DNA of 64,000 nt from Pseudomonadota bacterium (GTDB lineage: Bacteria > Pseudomonadota > Alphaproteobacteria > Sphingomonadales > Sphingomonadaceae), in the NCBI GenBank assembly GCA_039033755.1, contig JBCCBZ010000013.1, positions 9,044 to 73,043 on the forward strand, given 5' to 3'. Numbering within the stretch: the first letter of the stretch is position 1; each line of letters opens with the position of its first letter. Both the position numbers and the translations under genes were made by a program. Positions 38,197 through 47,844 of this stretch are shown one piece after another. The notes under the pieces were generated by a model that saw nothing but the letters and a program-made list of their open reading frames with translations, was not told the DNA's origin and made no database searches.

Positions 38197-39498
38197 TCAG
38201 CGACGGGGCGCTGCGTAGGCCGATCCGTGCCGCCGATAGAGAGGCCCCCGCTTCGACCGGATCAGTAGGCCGCTGAATATCATCATCAGAAAAAACGGAG
38301 TAAGCGAGAGCGATTCCGATATCAGCGACAACCCCGCAATCGCCGCCATCACCACGCTTGGCCGGAACAAGCGCTGCCGCAGCAGTCCGAACAGAAAGAC
38401 CAGCGCGAGCGGGAAACCCAGGCTGTATAAAAGGACCACGATCCCGTTGGTGTTGCCGCGTTCGGTGATGTTCTCCTTGCTCAGCTGAGCGTCGCGATAT
38501 CCGACCCGGCTCGCAATGTCGTAGTACTTTTCATAGTCGAAACCGATGCCGGTCAAGGGCTGCTCCAACGCCACCGAAACTCCGGTCCGAAGATCGTATT
38601 CGCGCGCTTCGGCGGACCCGCGAAACACGCCGTAAAATTTCTCCGTCACATTGTACGAAGCGTAGGCCGCCAGCGGCAGCATGATGATTGGTACGAACAC
38701 CAGAACGCCCAGTTTCTGGCCCCGATCCGCGTTGCGCAGCCAGACCAAATAGGCGGCGGTGCACTGAATGATCAAGATAACCACGCCAGTGGTCGATTGC
38801 GTCGCCAACACCGCGACGGCGCCCAACGCGATATCAAACACGCGCTGACGCCGCACAAAAAGGGCTATGAAAACAAAGACGTTAAGATAGATCTGAAACA
38901 CACCAGGTTCAAAAAAGAACCCGTCTGGGCGTTTGAAGAGCGCGCCGAGATTTTGAAATTCGTGGAAGGTGAAGAGGAAGTAAAACGTGACGTATTCGGT
39001 GTCGAACACGCGGAAGACGAAGAAATATTGCGAGAAAAGGATATAGGCGATCGGTGTCAGCACTGCTTGAAACGACATCAGTTTGAGGATTGGATGGAGA
39101 TCATCCGCCAGCGTTGATCGCCGCTCGTCGATATAGATCAGAAGCAAGGCGAGCCCCGCCAGAATGTTGGCGTAGCGGATGATCATGGGCGTCAGCTGAA
39201 AACTCTCGCCACCGATAAGCACGACACCGGCCACCGCCAGCAGGACGACCCAGATCAACGCGAATTCGGGCCGAAAGAGGCGCAGTGGGTTCCGGAGCAG
39301 AAAGCAGGTCGCGACCACAATAACCAGCACCGGTTCGCGCGGGATGATCAGCAGACCTCCCGACATCAAGATACCAGCCAGCAACGCCAGTTGGCGCAGC
39401 CTTTGTCGGATCAGCGGGCTCGTTATTTCTCCGGCCCGGCGTGCTGTGGTCGTAAGCGGGGCGCTTTGCGGTGTCAGGGGTGGATTGGCTGAGTTCAT
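38197..39498 (-). CDS. wzy: Probable polysaccharide polymerase Wzy
   Basis: About 10 TM helices, RPDGFFFEPG, TQSTTG, PLTGIG. Lies among repeat-unit genes near the flippase. Confidence 0.7.
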   Translation of the reverse strand: MNSANPPLTPQSAPLTTTARRAGEITSPLIRQRLRQLALLAGILMSGGLLIIPREPVLVIVVATCFLLRNPLRLFRPEFALIWVVLLAVAGVVLIGGESFQLTPMIIRYANILAGLALLLIYIDERRSTLADDLHPILKLMSFQAVLTPIAYILFSQYFFVFRVFDTEYVTFYFLFTFHEFQNLGALFKRPDGFFFEPGVFQIYLNVFVFIALFVRRQRVFDIALGAVAVLATQSTTGVVILIIQCTAAYLVWLRNADRGQKLGVLVFVPIIMLPLAAYASYNVTEKFYGVFRGSAEAREYDLRTGVSVALEQPLTGIGFDYEKYYDIASRVGYRDAQLSKENITERGNTNGIVVLLYSLGFPLALVFLFGLLRQRLFRPSVVMAAIAGLSLISESLSLTPFFLMMIFSGLLIRSKRGPLYRRHGSAYAAPRR

Positions 39499-40091
39499 TC
39501 GACGAAGCTCCCCTCACTATTTGTGCGAAACCAACCTGCGCGTTGATCACAATACCGCTTGATCACCCGCGCGGGCGCACCGGCGGCGACGCAGTGATCG
39601 GGGATGTCTCGATTGACCACGCTGTTCGCCGCGATCACGCAGTTCGCCCCGACGTTGGCGCCGCAGATGCACACATTCTCGCCGATCCAGCTTCCATCGC
39701 CGATCAGGACCGGCGCCAGCGGTGTGAGCCCCTGATCCCGGATGGGGGTGGAGGGATCTTCAAATGTGTGGCGATTGTCTGCCACAAACAGCCTGTCCGC
39801 GGTCAGGACACTGCGTCCAAATTCGACCCTTCTGGTGGCCACGATATGCGCGTGATTGCCAATCATCGTGTGCGCGCCGACCTTCAGTAGCGGCATCTCG
39901 TCATGCTCTTTCAGCACCGCGATATAGGCGCCAAATTGCAGCACGGCTTCGTCTTCGAAATGGCAATAGCGCGCGCCAAAGATCCGCAAGGGGCGCACGA
40001 TCCGAACGCGCTTGCCCATCGTCCCGAACGCGCTGCCAATCAGGCGGTAAAACAGGATCGAGAGATAATCGCGAATACGAAAATGGAGCAT
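39495..40091 (-). CDS. Hexapeptide-repeat (left-handed beta-helix) acyltransferase
   Basis: DNRH, PVLIGDGSWIGENV, VIAANSVVNRDIP, VAAGAPARVIK. Confidence 0.88.
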   Translation of the reverse strand: MLHFRIRDYLSILFYRLIGSAFGTMGKRVRIVRPLRIFGARYCHFEDEAVLQFGAYIAVLKEHDEMPLLKVGAHTMIGNHAHIVATRRVEFGRSVLTADRLFVADNRHTFEDPSTPIRDQGLTPLAPVLIGDGSWIGENVCICGANVGANCVIAANSVVNRDIPDHCVAAGAPARVIKRYCDQRAGWFRTNSEGSFVE

Positions 40092-40175
40092 TGGGGAGGC
40101 TCGCCTAGTAAGCGGGCTTCAAGCGCTAGGAGCCCCAGCCTGCGTTCGGCCACGCTTTTTGGCTCCATATTGGTT

Positions 40176-41444
40176 CTAGGACAGCGATTGACGGGCTTGA
40201 AACAGGCGAAAATGCGGCGCGGTCTTGTGAATGCGCGTCGTCCCAATAACCAGGATCAGGCCCATCAGTGCGAAGACAAAACTGCGGATCAAAGTCACCT
40301 GATCAAGGGTGAGCGGCGTGTCCGAAACAAAGGCGACCCCAAAAGAGACGGTCGCAGTCATGAGCCCTGCGCCATACGCGCCGAGATGCCAGCGATAATC
40401 GATCAGGATATTGAAACACAAGGCAAACGGCCCAGCCAACGCGAAGGCGATAAGACCCGGCGCGATAAGGTAAACCCAACGCAGATCCGGCGCGTATTCG
40501 GGAAGGATCGCGGTGAGAATAGGCTCCGCCAAGAAAGTCAGCGCCGTTGCAGCCACCGCGCAATAGGCGGTAATCAGTCCCATCAAACGGCGCATGTCAC
40601 GCCGAAGTGTCGGCAGATCCTTGCGCCGCCACAGCTCCACCATCGGGGCCAGGAACACCTGTTGAACTAGGTTGGGCACAATCTGAAACAGCGCAATGAA
40701 CAGGATCGAGAGATACAATTGACCCAGCGCCTCCAACCCCAGCGTGCGGCTGACATAGACGCGTTCGATCAATGGGATGATCTGCAGGGCCAGCCCGGTC
40801 AGAAACAGCGCAAACCCCGCCGCAAAGATCGGGCGCGCCATCAGTTTGGAGAACCGCAAGGCGCGCGGTCGCTTCGCCGCGCCGCTCATCAAGGCGATGG
40901 CGACAAAGAGGATCGGCTGCGCGGCAATCGCGCTGACCGCGATCCATTCGGGCGCAACGATGGGTCGGTCTGTGATCAACAACGCGAGTATGGCCAGCGA
41001 GGCCAGGGTGGATGCGGCATTGATCGCGTTCACGGCGCTCAACCGTTGGCCCGCCACCAGCTCGTTATGCACCCAGGATCGTATCAAGGTCGCCAAACCT
41101 CCAACGACTGAGAACACTGCGATGGAGTGATAGGTCGGGTGGTTCATGGCGAAGCTCACCATCCCCGCGCCAAGGATCAGCGCGGCGCCAATCGCTGCAA
41201 AAGCCGTGTAGGCGAGATCGACGATGCGCTGCTGGGTGCGGGGCCTCGCGTGGCAGAGCAGGCGATATCCTCCGTTGAGCACACCAAAGTGCAGCAGGCC
41301 CACGCAGGCCATCGCCACCTGCACCAGCCCGACATAGCCAAGCGCTTCGTAATCCAGCGCAACCATCAGGACCAATCCGCGCGCCAGCACAAGGCCGTTC
41401 ACCGCCAGTCCTGTGGCGACAAAGGCGCTGCGGGACTTCAGCAT
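40176..41444 (-). CDS. wzx: Probable oligosaccharide flippase Wzx
   Basis: Highly hydrophobic, about 12 TM; LGYVGL, LIERVYVSRTLGLEALGQLY. Confidence 0.75.
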   Translation of the reverse strand: MLKSRSAFVATGLAVNGLVLARGLVLMVALDYEALGYVGLVQVAMACVGLLHFGVLNGGYRLLCHARPRTQQRIVDLAYTAFAAIGAALILGAGMVSFAMNHPTYHSIAVFSVVGGLATLIRSWVHNELVAGQRLSAVNAINAASTLASLAILALLITDRPIVAPEWIAVSAIAAQPILFVAIALMSGAAKRPRALRFSKLMARPIFAAGFALFLTGLALQIIPLIERVYVSRTLGLEALGQLYLSILFIALFQIVPNLVQQVFLAPMVELWRRKDLPTLRRDMRRLMGLITAYCAVAATALTFLAEPILTAILPEYAPDLRWVYLIAPGLIAFALAGPFALCFNILIDYRWHLGAYGAGLMTATVSFGVAFVSDTPLTLDQVTLIRSFVFALMGLILVIGTTRIHKTAPHFRLFQARQSLS

Positions 41445-41490
41445 CGTGGCGCATGTCGGCCATGCTTCGCTTGGCTCAGATACCCACCTT

Positions 41491-42894
41491 TCACGCTTCG
41501 ACGCTTTCCGTTGCGCACTGGCTCGCGAGGCCAGCGCCCTGGACGATGGCTTCGCGCACGAGAGCGATGTTATCGGGATCGTAGAGCGAGGTGTTGGGCA
41601 GGGGCAGTCCGCGATGGCTAAACTCGAGCAGACCTGCGATGAAGCGCCGCGCGTCTTCGGGAGTCACCCGGCCAAGCTTTTCACGCGGCGTGCGCAGGAG
41701 GCGGCGCAATTCGGGCCAGCTCGCGATGCGGATCACGCCGGGCACGCTGTCCCAGTAAATCTCGCCCATCACGCAGACCGATTTGCCCAGCACCGCGGCC
41801 TCCCATCCCACGCTACTGGTCAGTGTCACCACCCGTTCGCACCGGGCGAGAGTTTCGCGCGCGGGCACTTCGGCGGGCAGAAAGGCAAGGTTCGAATGCC
41901 GTGCGCGCAGATCGCGAAATTTAGGCCTCAACAGCGCGCCTTTATCGACCGGGTGCTCCTTCACCACCAAGCGTTGAAATGGCGCCAGGCATTTGAGAAT
42001 ATTCTCAATCGTCGCGACCTGATTGGCGCAAAATTCGCTCATATAACTAAGCGTCGCCTCGGGTTCCTGATGCAGCGGATAGAGGATGATCTCCTGTGCT
42101 TCCGGGATCGCACTCAGATCATCGTAGTCGTGCAGAATGCTCGCGGCGAAGACCTGTGGGCGTTTGCCATATTCTTCGGTGTAACTTTCATAGCGGAAGG
42201 CTCCGGTCTCCACCGGATCGCGCGATTGGCGATCGCGCCAGCGCCACAGGGCGGATTTGGCAAGTCCGGTTGCCAGCGGCTTGATCGCGCGGCGGCCCGC
42301 CAGATTGCGCACATAATAGGGCTTGTAATCGCTGCGCTGCACTTCGTTCAGGTAAGCGTCGGCCAAGGCGAGAGATGTGGGCGTAGGCTCTGGAAGGTCG
42401 AGCGATTGGCCAGAAAGGGTCAGCGGATTGGGCAACCAGTAAAAGTGCCCTTCTATCGGGCAATACATGGGCGCTAGATAGCGGACTCTCCGAGCCCGCG
42501 CTTCGATCAGGAGAACCTCCGAAATCTCAATAGCGATCAGTTCATTGCAGACCGCGACCGGATTGAAACGGTCGAAAAGGCCGCGCCAGAAGGCGATCTC
42601 CTTACCCAGGATGATCATGCGTTCCTCGTGCGAAAAGCGGCCCAGAAACCGGTCCGATGTGAACGAGGTCAGGAGATAGCCATCAGGCACCGTTGCCGGA
42701 ATGATGGCGTCAAATTCCTCCTCAAAACACGCGGAGACATCGTGTCCTTTGGCGCGAACTTGATCGGCCTCTTCGAGGGTCAGCGTGACGTAGACGGGCT
42801 CAAAACGTGCGTTTTCGGTTCTGGGCGCGAGTTCGGAGTAAAAGCTCGCCTGATAACCGCGCGCAAAGAAGAGGATTTTAGGCAAAGCGTTCAC
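41491..42894 (-). CDS. KpsS-like capsule biosynthesis protein, candidate nonulosonate (Pse) transferase
   Basis: YPLHQEPEA and VKEHP motifs, TLTSSVGWEAAVLGKSV; 467 aa. Confidence 0.65.
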   Translation of the reverse strand: MNALPKILFFARGYQASFYSELAPRTENARFEPVYVTLTLEEADQVRAKGHDVSACFEEEFDAIIPATVPDGYLLTSFTSDRFLGRFSHEERMIILGKEIAFWRGLFDRFNPVAVCNELIAIEISEVLLIEARARRVRYLAPMYCPIEGHFYWLPNPLTLSGQSLDLPEPTPTSLALADAYLNEVQRSDYKPYYVRNLAGRRAIKPLATGLAKSALWRWRDRQSRDPVETGAFRYESYTEEYGKRPQVFAASILHDYDDLSAIPEAQEIILYPLHQEPEATLSYMSEFCANQVATIENILKCLAPFQRLVVKEHPVDKGALLRPKFRDLRARHSNLAFLPAEVPARETLARCERVVTLTSSVGWEAAVLGKSVCVMGEIYWDSVPGVIRIASWPELRRLLRTPREKLGRVTPEDARRFIAGLLEFSHRGLPLPNTSLYDPDNIALVREAIVQGAGLASQCATESVEA

Positions 42895-44003
42895 GCGGGC
42901 ACTCCGTTGGTTTGGCCCTCGATCACCATAGCCGGATCAATCTCATCGAGCGTGACCGAACGCCCTCCTTCGAGGTGCGATTGGACCATGGCAAAGAGGA
43001 TTTTCTGTCCGGTTATGATGTCGCGCTTGATTGCGGCGTTGGCGGCAATGGCTTCGCGATGGCCTTGCAAACAGGCGACAAGCTGACGGATCGGGGCCAG
43101 CGCGCCTTCCGGGCCGATGGGTGGTTCGAAATCGATGCGTTCGGGCTGGTGATATGGGCTCGTTCCTTCAGGTCCGGGCGGGGGTGCGTCCGGTGCTGGT
43201 TTGGCTCGACCCGAGCGCCAGATCGCGGACCCGTTCGCCACCACCGCGATTTGCGCGGTTTCACACGCCAAGCGCCAATCGGTCCCCGGCATGCGCGTGA
43301 TGTGTCCTGAAAAGCCACCCTCAAACCAGATCGCCGCATCAAGCACGATTGGATCGTTTGCAATTCTTGGACCTGTCCGCTCGACAGCGCCCAGTCGTGC
43401 CTGCACCGCTTCGACCCGCACGCCCGCAGCGGCGAAAAGGATGAGGTCCACACTGTGCGGATGGGACCAGTACAGGGTGCGCGCTCCGAACTCCGCGTGA
43501 GCCGCGAACAGACCTCCATATTCGTCCGACAGCGCCATCGCCATTGCGCGTCGGTACACCGCAAGATGCCGCCTTATGGCGCCGAGCGTAATGAAGAGAT
43601 CGCTGCACTCGAACAGCTGTTCGAGACGTTTGCATTCGGCCACGGTCTGGCACAGCGGTTTCTCGACATGCAGCGCGCGTGCGCCTGCGTAAAAGCACCG
43701 CTCAATAAGGTCCGCCCGTCCCGGAGTGCGGGTCGCAAGGGTGATCAGGTCGGGCGCTTCATCGCTTAAAAGCGCGGCTGGGTCAGCGTAGAGCCGATCC
43801 ACCTCGTACCGCGCCCCTGCGCGTTCAAGGTTCTGAAGATCCGTGTCGCACAGCGCGGCCAGCGTGACACCATCCGCCATCGCGACCGCTTCTGTGTGCG
43901 CGCCGGGCAGGAGGCACGCCGGGCCAAAGGCGCGCATACTGGCTGATGTGAACGCTCCCATGCGCCCGCATCCGATAACGGCGGCGGTGAGGAGCGCGCT
44001 CAT
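42891..44003 (-). CDS. Gfo/Idh/MocA family oxidoreductase
   Basis: VIGCGRMG, VEKP, HSVD. ATGA overlap with the upstream gene. Confidence 0.85.
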   Translation of the reverse strand: MSALLTAAVIGCGRMGAFTSASMRAFGPACLLPGAHTEAVAMADGVTLAALCDTDLQNLERAGARYEVDRLYADPAALLSDEAPDLITLATRTPGRADLIERCFYAGARALHVEKPLCQTVAECKRLEQLFECSDLFITLGAIRRHLAVYRRAMAMALSDEYGGLFAAHAEFGARTLYWSHPHSVDLILFAAAGVRVEAVQARLGAVERTGPRIANDPIVLDAAIWFEGGFSGHITRMPGTDWRLACETAQIAVVANGSAIWRSGRAKPAPDAPPPGPEGTSPYHQPERIDFEPPIGPEGALAPIRQLVACLQGHREAIAANAAIKRDIITGQKILFAMVQSHLEGGRSVTLDEIDPAMVIEGQTNGVPA

Positions 44004-45031
44004 CCCGACCAATCCAGCAGATAGGTCACGGCGTTGCGTTTACGCGCCGCCAGATCCTCATAGGCGCGGTTTAACCCACTAGCGGGGCAAATGCCCGAAA
44101 TGATTGGATCGGCCAAGGGCGCGATGGCGCGCGTGATAAAGCCGAGATTGTCGCGCAGGTTAAATCGGTTAAAGCCGAGCGGATCGTTTTCGAGGGGGGA
44201 CATGCCCACCGCCTCAATCCGCAATTGTTTGGTGTAGAACGGTTCAGCCGCGAGTGGATTGTAATCGCCTGGAGCCTCTTCACGGCCGGGAAACCCGAGG
44301 CACGCGATCACCGCGTTCTGACCGGCCAGTTCCATTGCGAGCCGGCAGTCTTCCCAGCGGTTCGTCGTAAGGATCACCGCGTCGGCGCCGCTTTGACGGA
44401 GATGCGGCGCCTCTTTACGCGAGCCAACCTTCAAAGCGCTATAGGCAGTGCGAGCGATTTCCTGCACGGACGAATGATCCGACACCGCGATAACCTCGGC
44501 CCCGGCGCGCGAGGCCATGGCGACCGAGGTCAGTCCCAAAACGCCTAGCCCGATCACCACGACCCGGTGTCCCGCGCGCACCCCGCTGCGCAGAACCGCG
44601 TTGTAACCCAGATGGAAGAGATAGCTGGTCGCGACCCGCCTCGCGTCCATCTCAGGCGCAAGCGTCACATAAATCTCATCCGCCGGGCAGACGAAGCGGC
44701 TGCGATGCGATTGCAGTGTGAGCACTCGGTCACCGGGCTTTAGCTCGTCAACGCCTTTGCCAATCTCCAACACCCGCGCGACGTTGCAATAGCCTTGCAC
44801 GCGGGGATAGGGGTTGCCGGGTTTCAGCGGGGGCGAGCCACGCCACGCGGCAAGCTCGGTTCCGGGCGAAATCGCGCTGAACAGTGTTTCGCACAGGACC
44901 TGTCCGATGTCGGGTGGTGGCAAGCTCTCTTTGCGCCAGACGAGTTCGCCTGGGCCCTTGAGCCACGCCACGCGCGCTATCGCGCAGTGCGGATTGCGCG
45001 CGTTTCTATCAGGGTGTGCGAGAGACGCCAT
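44000..45031 (-). CDS. Medium-chain (zinc-type) alcohol dehydrogenase-like oxidoreductase
   Basis: SAISPGTE, GYCNVARV, HRS, VVIGLGVLG. Confidence 0.8.
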   Translation of the reverse strand: MASLAHPDRNARNPHCAIARVAWLKGPGELVWRKESLPPPDIGQVLCETLFSAISPGTELAAWRGSPPLKPGNPYPRVQGYCNVARVLEIGKGVDELKPGDRVLTLQSHRSRFVCPADEIYVTLAPEMDARRVATSYLFHLGYNAVLRSGVRAGHRVVVIGLGVLGLTSVAMASRAGAEVIAVSDHSSVQEIARTAYSALKVGSRKEAPHLRQSGADAVILTTNRWEDCRLAMELAGQNAVIACLGFPGREEAPGDYNPLAAEPFYTKQLRIEAVGMSPLENDPLGFNRFNLRDNLGFITRAIAPLADPIISGICPASGLNRAYEDLAARKRNAVTYLLDWSG

Positions 45032-45162
45032 GCAGTAGGCCTGTCACCTCGCCCCAGGGTGCGCAACCGGCCCAGCAGAGCTAAAGCCACCACTTTGGTG
45101 AGGACCGCTCTTGGGGGCCGAAATCCGCTCCATTTCGGTGCCAACCCCTTCGCGGCAGTCCG

Positions 45163-46044
45163 TCACAAAGAGGAAGCGCGCAGGGAAATGATTCCCCGAT
45201 GCGGCAAAGCGCAAGGCGGGACGTCAGGCGGGAGCGCGCACAACACTGTCCGCCCCGCTTGCAGAGCAATCACAAGGCCCATGGAGTTCAGGCCCACAAC
45301 CCATCGCGCCGGTCCCAAGGCGGCCGCCATGTCGGGCAAGGTGTCGAGTCGGGCTGTGGCGTGCTGGGCTATCCAATGGTCGTATTTGCCCGGTGGATCA
45401 GAGGGGTGGGGGCGCAATCGAAGGGGCGCACTTTCGGGGATGCCCGTCGCCTGTCTTGAAGCCACAAAGTGGTCGAGCGCTTGAAACTCGCCCGGCCTGC
45501 CCGCGCCCCACTCGCTATGCGTCGGCTCCAAGACAAAGAGGACATCCCCATCTCTGGGCGAAGGACCAGCTGCGCGCGCTTGTTCGGCCAGATACAGGTT
45601 GGCGTGTCGTTCCGCTGGCACGCTGGGAAAGGCCGCGCGGGCGATGGTTAGCGCCTCATCATCGCCAACCCAGATCGCATCGGGCCATTGCGCAACCCCG
45701 TCGCGTTCAAAGCGCGGGGCGTAGTTCACCCAGTGATCGAGCACGGCGATAGAACGCATGCCAACTTCCGCCGCGATCACCCGCGCGCGGTGCTCCAGAT
45801 CGCTGGCCCATCCGGTGCCGCTGATCACGACGCTGGCCCTGCGAACACACGCCGGATCGCATTCTATCCGCGCCGACGCGCCAAAGCGTCTCTCCCAGAT
45901 CGCGCACGCCGGACCCGTGGCGATGACCACCTCAGGAGGCCGAACCGCCGCCGCGACCCAGGCGGCGACCATATTCGCGCCGCCAGCATCGTGCACGGCG
46001 ACCGCGTAAGGCGCTTTCAACGTATCAATCGGCGAATTTGGCAT
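45163..46044 (-). CDS. Hypothetical protein, possible GT-B fold
   Basis: HDAGGAN, GTGW, LDHWVNY..RF, RPHPSD, VVGLNSMGL. Confidence 0.6.
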   Translation of the reverse strand: MPNSPIDTLKAPYAVAVHDAGGANMVAAWVAAAVRPPEVVIATGPACAIWERRFGASARIECDPACVRRASVVISGTGWASDLEHRARVIAAEVGMRSIAVLDHWVNYAPRFERDGVAQWPDAIWVGDDEALTIARAAFPSVPAERHANLYLAEQARAAGPSPRDGDVLFVLEPTHSEWGAGRPGEFQALDHFVASRQATGIPESAPLRLRPHPSDPPGKYDHWIAQHATARLDTLPDMAAALGPARWVVGLNSMGLVIALQAGRTVLCALPPDVPPCALPHRGIISLRASSL

Positions 46045-46558
46045 AGTGCACGATGTTGCAAGGAACGCCGTCGAGGATTTCGTGCGCCTTGCGAACCCCG
46101 TCGGGACGCATTCCGGATCGCTCCATCAATCGAACCATCGCGCGGTTGGCGGCGAGGCATCCAGCCGTGAGTTTGCGGACTTTGCCCTGCGAAAGCAGCC
46201 ACGAGGTGAGGAGGTCCCACGCCTCTTGCCCGTACCCGCCGCCCCAAAATTGGCGATCGCCAATCATGATCCCAACATCGCAGGTTCCGTGATGCGGGTT
46301 GGCGTAGGCGGTCATGGTGCCGATAGCTGCGCCTTGTTGCCGCTCTCGAACGTTCAAGAAGAGATTGGGAGATCCTTCGAAACTGGCCCAATAGGCTTCG
46401 CACATCTTAGGCGTGTGCCGACGAAAGCGCTGATTCGAGTAGCGCATCACCTGCGGATCGCAGAGCCAGTCGAGATAGTCTTGCGTTATATCTTCCTCTG
46501 CAAACCGGCGTAGCTCAACCTTGCGGCCCGATAGCGCAGTGAAAGAGGAGAGAATCAC
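46025..46558 (-). CDS. GNAT (RimL-like) N-acyltransferase
   Basis: YLDWLCDP, DVGIMIGDRQFWGGGYG, KLTAGCLAAN.AM. Start set at GTG 46558 (GTGA overlap). Confidence 0.85.
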   Translation of the reverse strand: MILSSFTALSGRKVELRRFAEEDITQDYLDWLCDPQVMRYSNQRFRRHTPKMCEAYWASFEGSPNLFLNVRERQQGAAIGTMTAYANPHHGTCDVGIMIGDRQFWGGGYGQEAWDLLTSWLLSQGKVRKLTAGCLAANRAMVRLMERSGMRPDGVRKAHEILDGVPCNIVHYAKFAD

Positions 46559-47844
46559 GTCCGCAACGCGTCCAAATGACGCCACACCTTGTGAAAGGCG
46601 GCGATAATATCGACCACATCCTCGCTCGGCAGCTGGTTGAGGCATATGGAGAGGCCGAGGAAGCTCGCCTCGTGCAATTCCTCCGCCACAGGGCACGTTC
46701 CCGCGCCATAGGTGAAACCGCGATCAGGGCGCAGCGACCAAGGGAAACCGCCGGTTCCATAGGCGCACTGTTCGGTGAAGATCGGCAGGCTGTGGATGTT
46801 TTGATAGCCGGGCACCAAGGCGGGCACGCCCTCGGCTTTCAACGCCTCCACCAGGGCCGCGCGCCCGACGCCCAACGCGTCTAGATCAAGCCGCATCCCA
46901 TAAACGTAATAGACGTGGGTCGCCTTGGCGGCGACGTAAGGTGGGGTGAGGCCTTCGAGCCCGGCCAACCCTGCGGTGAGTTCATCAGCCACGCGCTGTC
47001 GGTCCGCTACGCGCTCTTGCAGCCTATCCAGTTGCACGTTGGCGATGGCTGCCTCAATCTCTCCCATGCGAAAATTGTAGCCGATCATGTTCGCCAGATC
47101 GCCCCGGCGCATAGCGCCTTCGCGCGGTTGAACAACGCTCTCCGCGTGGTTGCGGATCAGTGCCACACGCGCGGCGTAGCCATCGTCGTTGGTGACGAGG
47201 ATGCCGCCTTCGCCGCAATGAATATGCTTGTGATAATTCAGGCTGAACCCGCCAATATCGTAGCCGGTCCCGGTGTGGCTGTGGCCCATCATCGCACCGG
47301 GCGCCTGTGCGGTATCCCCCAGCAGGGCGAGCCCGTGGGCATCGGCGATGGCGCGCAATCCGGCGACATCCGCGCTTTGCCCGAAGATATCGACCGCCAG
47401 AATGGCGCGGGTTCGATCCGTGACCAGCGCCGCGACGTGGGCCGGATCGATGTTGAACGTCATCGGATCGATATCGGCGAAGACGGGAATCGCGTTCCAG
47501 TGCAGGATCGCCATTGCGGTCGCGCTCATCGTCCAGGGTGTGGTGATGATCTCATCTCCCGGCTCCAGCCCAAGAGCACCAATCTCGGCGATCAATCCGC
47601 TTGTCCAGCTGTTGACGGCCAGCGCGTGTTTGACGCCGAAGATGTCCGCGGCCTTCTCTTCAAAAGCGCGTACCTCAGGTCCTCCCATAAACAGATTGCC
47701 CGGCCCGCCGATATAGGCCGACAGAACGCCCGATCGCACGACGCGCGCGGCGGCTTCCTCCTCCTCGTGCCCCATCGAGCGGAAGGGGGCGAGTGCGTGG
47801 TCGATGACCGGCGTTCCGCCATGCAAAGCGAGCGTTTCGGTCAT
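46555..47844 (-). CDS. DegT/DnrJ/EryC1/StrS family aminotransferase (second aminotransferase)
   Basis: NSWTSGL, DTAQAPG, FSLNYHKHIHCGEGG (PLP Lys), GYNFRMGE. ATGA overlap at the start. Confidence 0.9.
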   Translation of the reverse strand: MTETLALHGGTPVIDHALAPFRSMGHEEEEAAARVVRSGVLSAYIGGPGNLFMGGPEVRAFEEKAADIFGVKHALAVNSWTSGLIAEIGALGLEPGDEIITTPWTMSATAMAILHWNAIPVFADIDPMTFNIDPAHVAALVTDRTRAILAVDIFGQSADVAGLRAIADAHGLALLGDTAQAPGAMMGHSHTGTGYDIGGFSLNYHKHIHCGEGGILVTNDDGYAARVALIRNHAESVVQPREGAMRRGDLANMIGYNFRMGEIEAAIANVQLDRLQERVADRQRVADELTAGLAGLEGLTPPYVAAKATHVYYVYGMRLDLDALGVGRAALVEALKAEGVPALVPGYQNIHSLPIFTEQCAYGTGGFPWSLRPDRGFTYGAGTCPVAEELHEASFLGLSICLNQLPSEDVVDIIAAFHKVWRHLDALRT

